From Paraphysomonas bandaiensis (Eukaryota > Protista > Chrysophyceae), in contig CBFFRP010000221.1 of assembly GCA_965644295.1 (NCBI GenBank), positions 1 to 10,740 of the forward strand: DNA of 10,740 nucleotides. Direction: 5' to 3'. Below are positions 9,235 to 10,740 of this stretch, piece after piece. The first letter of the stretch is position 1; every line of letters starts with the position of its first letter. The position numbers and the translations under genes were made by a program. The notes below the pieces were generated by a model. That model was not told the DNA's origin and searched no databases. It saw only the letters and a list, made by a program, of their open reading frames with translations.

Positions 9235-10516
9235 ATGAACGAGTCCTTCAATCCGTTTCGCTCTGTTTCTCGGGAGGAGGTGGAGAGCGATCACGCATTT
9301 CGCACCCTGAGGAGGTTCCCTGCTATATCGAAATCTCTGCCGAACGCCCGTGAATCCGTCTCCCAGTTGAAGGGGTCGACAACGATTACTAAATTTGGTA
9401 CAAAAACCAGTCGAAAGCGACAGTTGAAGAGCACACATCGGCTAGAGGAGCTATGCAAATCCTCTTTGACCGAATCCGGGACCCTGTCTCAATTTCGAAA
9501 GCAAATAATCAACGACAGGGAGAAGCCTCCCAATCCTTTCGCTGAGTACCTACCCAAGCGCGTACCACCTGTTAATGACCCTCTAAAAACTGGTAATGCA
9601 AAGTTGACAAAGTTTGCTATTCGGTACGACTCTCGTCGTATGAATAACGATCTAGAAGGCTTCCATGGCCTGGTATTAGATAAGGATGCTTTCGATTATC
9701 AACTTAAGCGCTGCCTATCTATATACTTGACTAAGGACGAACTTGATGCATTATTTGTGTATATTGACACTGACAAAGGAGGAACCATTGATGGTGTGGA
9801 GTTTTTACGATATTTCTTTAAATTGGGTCAAGATGCAAAGGAAGATTTGAGAATGAAAATGTTAGCGACAGCGGCTGAGATGGAGAAGGAGAAGGCCCGT
9901 AAATTGGCACTCGAGAAAAAGCAGTACGTAACTTTGTGCCTTTATGATACATTTACTGACTGCAATTGTTGTAGAATTATAGAGGCGAACAACAAGTTAA
10001 ATGTGGAATACACAGAAGAACATGCTCAATCGGCGACTGAGAAATTAAATCGAGCCGCATTTTTGTTCCAAGGGAATTCTACATCTGTAGAGTTTAGAGA
10101 TGTGGGCAGTAAGCTTGCACCTGTGGAATTTAAATTGTTTTTGGAGAAAACGTTCAATTTTAGACTCTCAACACCCGAGGTGCGGAGTAAATTATTGTGG
10201 GCTGTTATTGTATTACACTATCCTGCGGTTAATGTGGGATGCTGATATTCCCATTCTGTTGTGGCACTAATATTTGTCTCATCTTTTCCCACAGGCTGCG
10301 TACTTGTTAGCACGCTTTGGACACCCTCTGCCTCCTAGAGAACCCGTGTGGTGTTATGTGGATGGAACACATTTTGTGAAAGAGTTTTTGATAATCCAGA
10401 AGCAGGAGAGGGAAAAACAGAAAGAAAAGGATAAACTTTTAGGGGAGTCCAGGAGAAGAGTACAGGATAAGTTAGACGCTGCAGTTGAGATATTTCCTAA
10501 ACAATTGGGGAGATGA
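9235..10516 (+). CDS. EF-hand calcium-binding protein with internal duplicated module, 3 exons, about 371 aa
   Basis: Exons 9235-9923, 9975-10179, 10295-10516 (1116 nt = 372 codons). Near-canonical EF loop DTDKGGTIDGVE (9766-9801) in a helix-loop-helix, followed by a charged helix; a second degenerate copy (YVDGTHFVKEF) is assembled across intron 2. Confidence 0.82.
9924..9974 (+). other. Spliceosomal intron (51 bp, phase 2, stop-free 3n)
   Basis: CA|GTACGT donor, ACTGAC branch-like motif (9955-9960), TTGTAG acceptor; removal gives a continuous charged helix LEKKQIIEANNK. Confidence 0.75.
10180..10294 (+). other. Spliceosomal intron (115 bp, phase 0)
   Basis: GAG|GTGCGG donor, ACTAAT branch-like motif, TCTTTTCCCACAG acceptor; joins STPE to AAYLLARF in frame. 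Confidence 0.85.
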
Positions 10517-10740
10517 GTTTGTTTATTTTTGATGTGCAGTGGTTTTCAACAATGCATCGCTTCTATGTATCTTTGGTATAGTAATGTAAATTCTGACAGT
10601 AATATGTTTTGATGTAATAATTTATGATTGTATAGCACAACGCTAACGCTGTATACTGGGTTATATTACATGTAGCGTGTAGACATAATGTTATTTGTTA
10701 AATAAACGCAGCGAAGATTACAGCATCGAACACTGTCAGT

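Noticed and set aside
1-10740. tRNA, rRNA, snRNA, CRISPR array or prokaryotic defence system
   Set aside because: No cloverleaf, snRNA signature or regularly spaced repeat array seen by eye; the locus is spliceosomal and eukaryotic.

Overview
A eukaryotic, intron-containing locus (GT-AG introns of 51-182 bp), most likely from a flagellated protist; a stramenopile origin is only my inference from protein and transposon style. Three spliced genes can be reconstructed with consistent intron phases: (1) a six-exon LRRC49 homolog (LRR subunit of the tubulin polyglutamylase complex, about 862 aa) on the minus strand, 4444-1297; (2) head-to-head with it, a two-exon gene (5120-6486, about 415 aa) joining an NWE-motif, SPAG8/FAP143-like microtubule-inner-protein region to a calcyphosin-like EF-hand domain; (3) a three-exon EF-hand protein with an internal duplicated module (9235-10516, about 371 aa). 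Between genes 2 and 3 lies a 1144-bp decayed, internally deleted hAT DNA transposon (7125-8268) with 24-bp TIRs, an 8-bp target-site duplication and transposase relics. Positions 1-1290 are AT-rich and apparently non-coding. Family assignments rest on recalled motifs, not on database searches.
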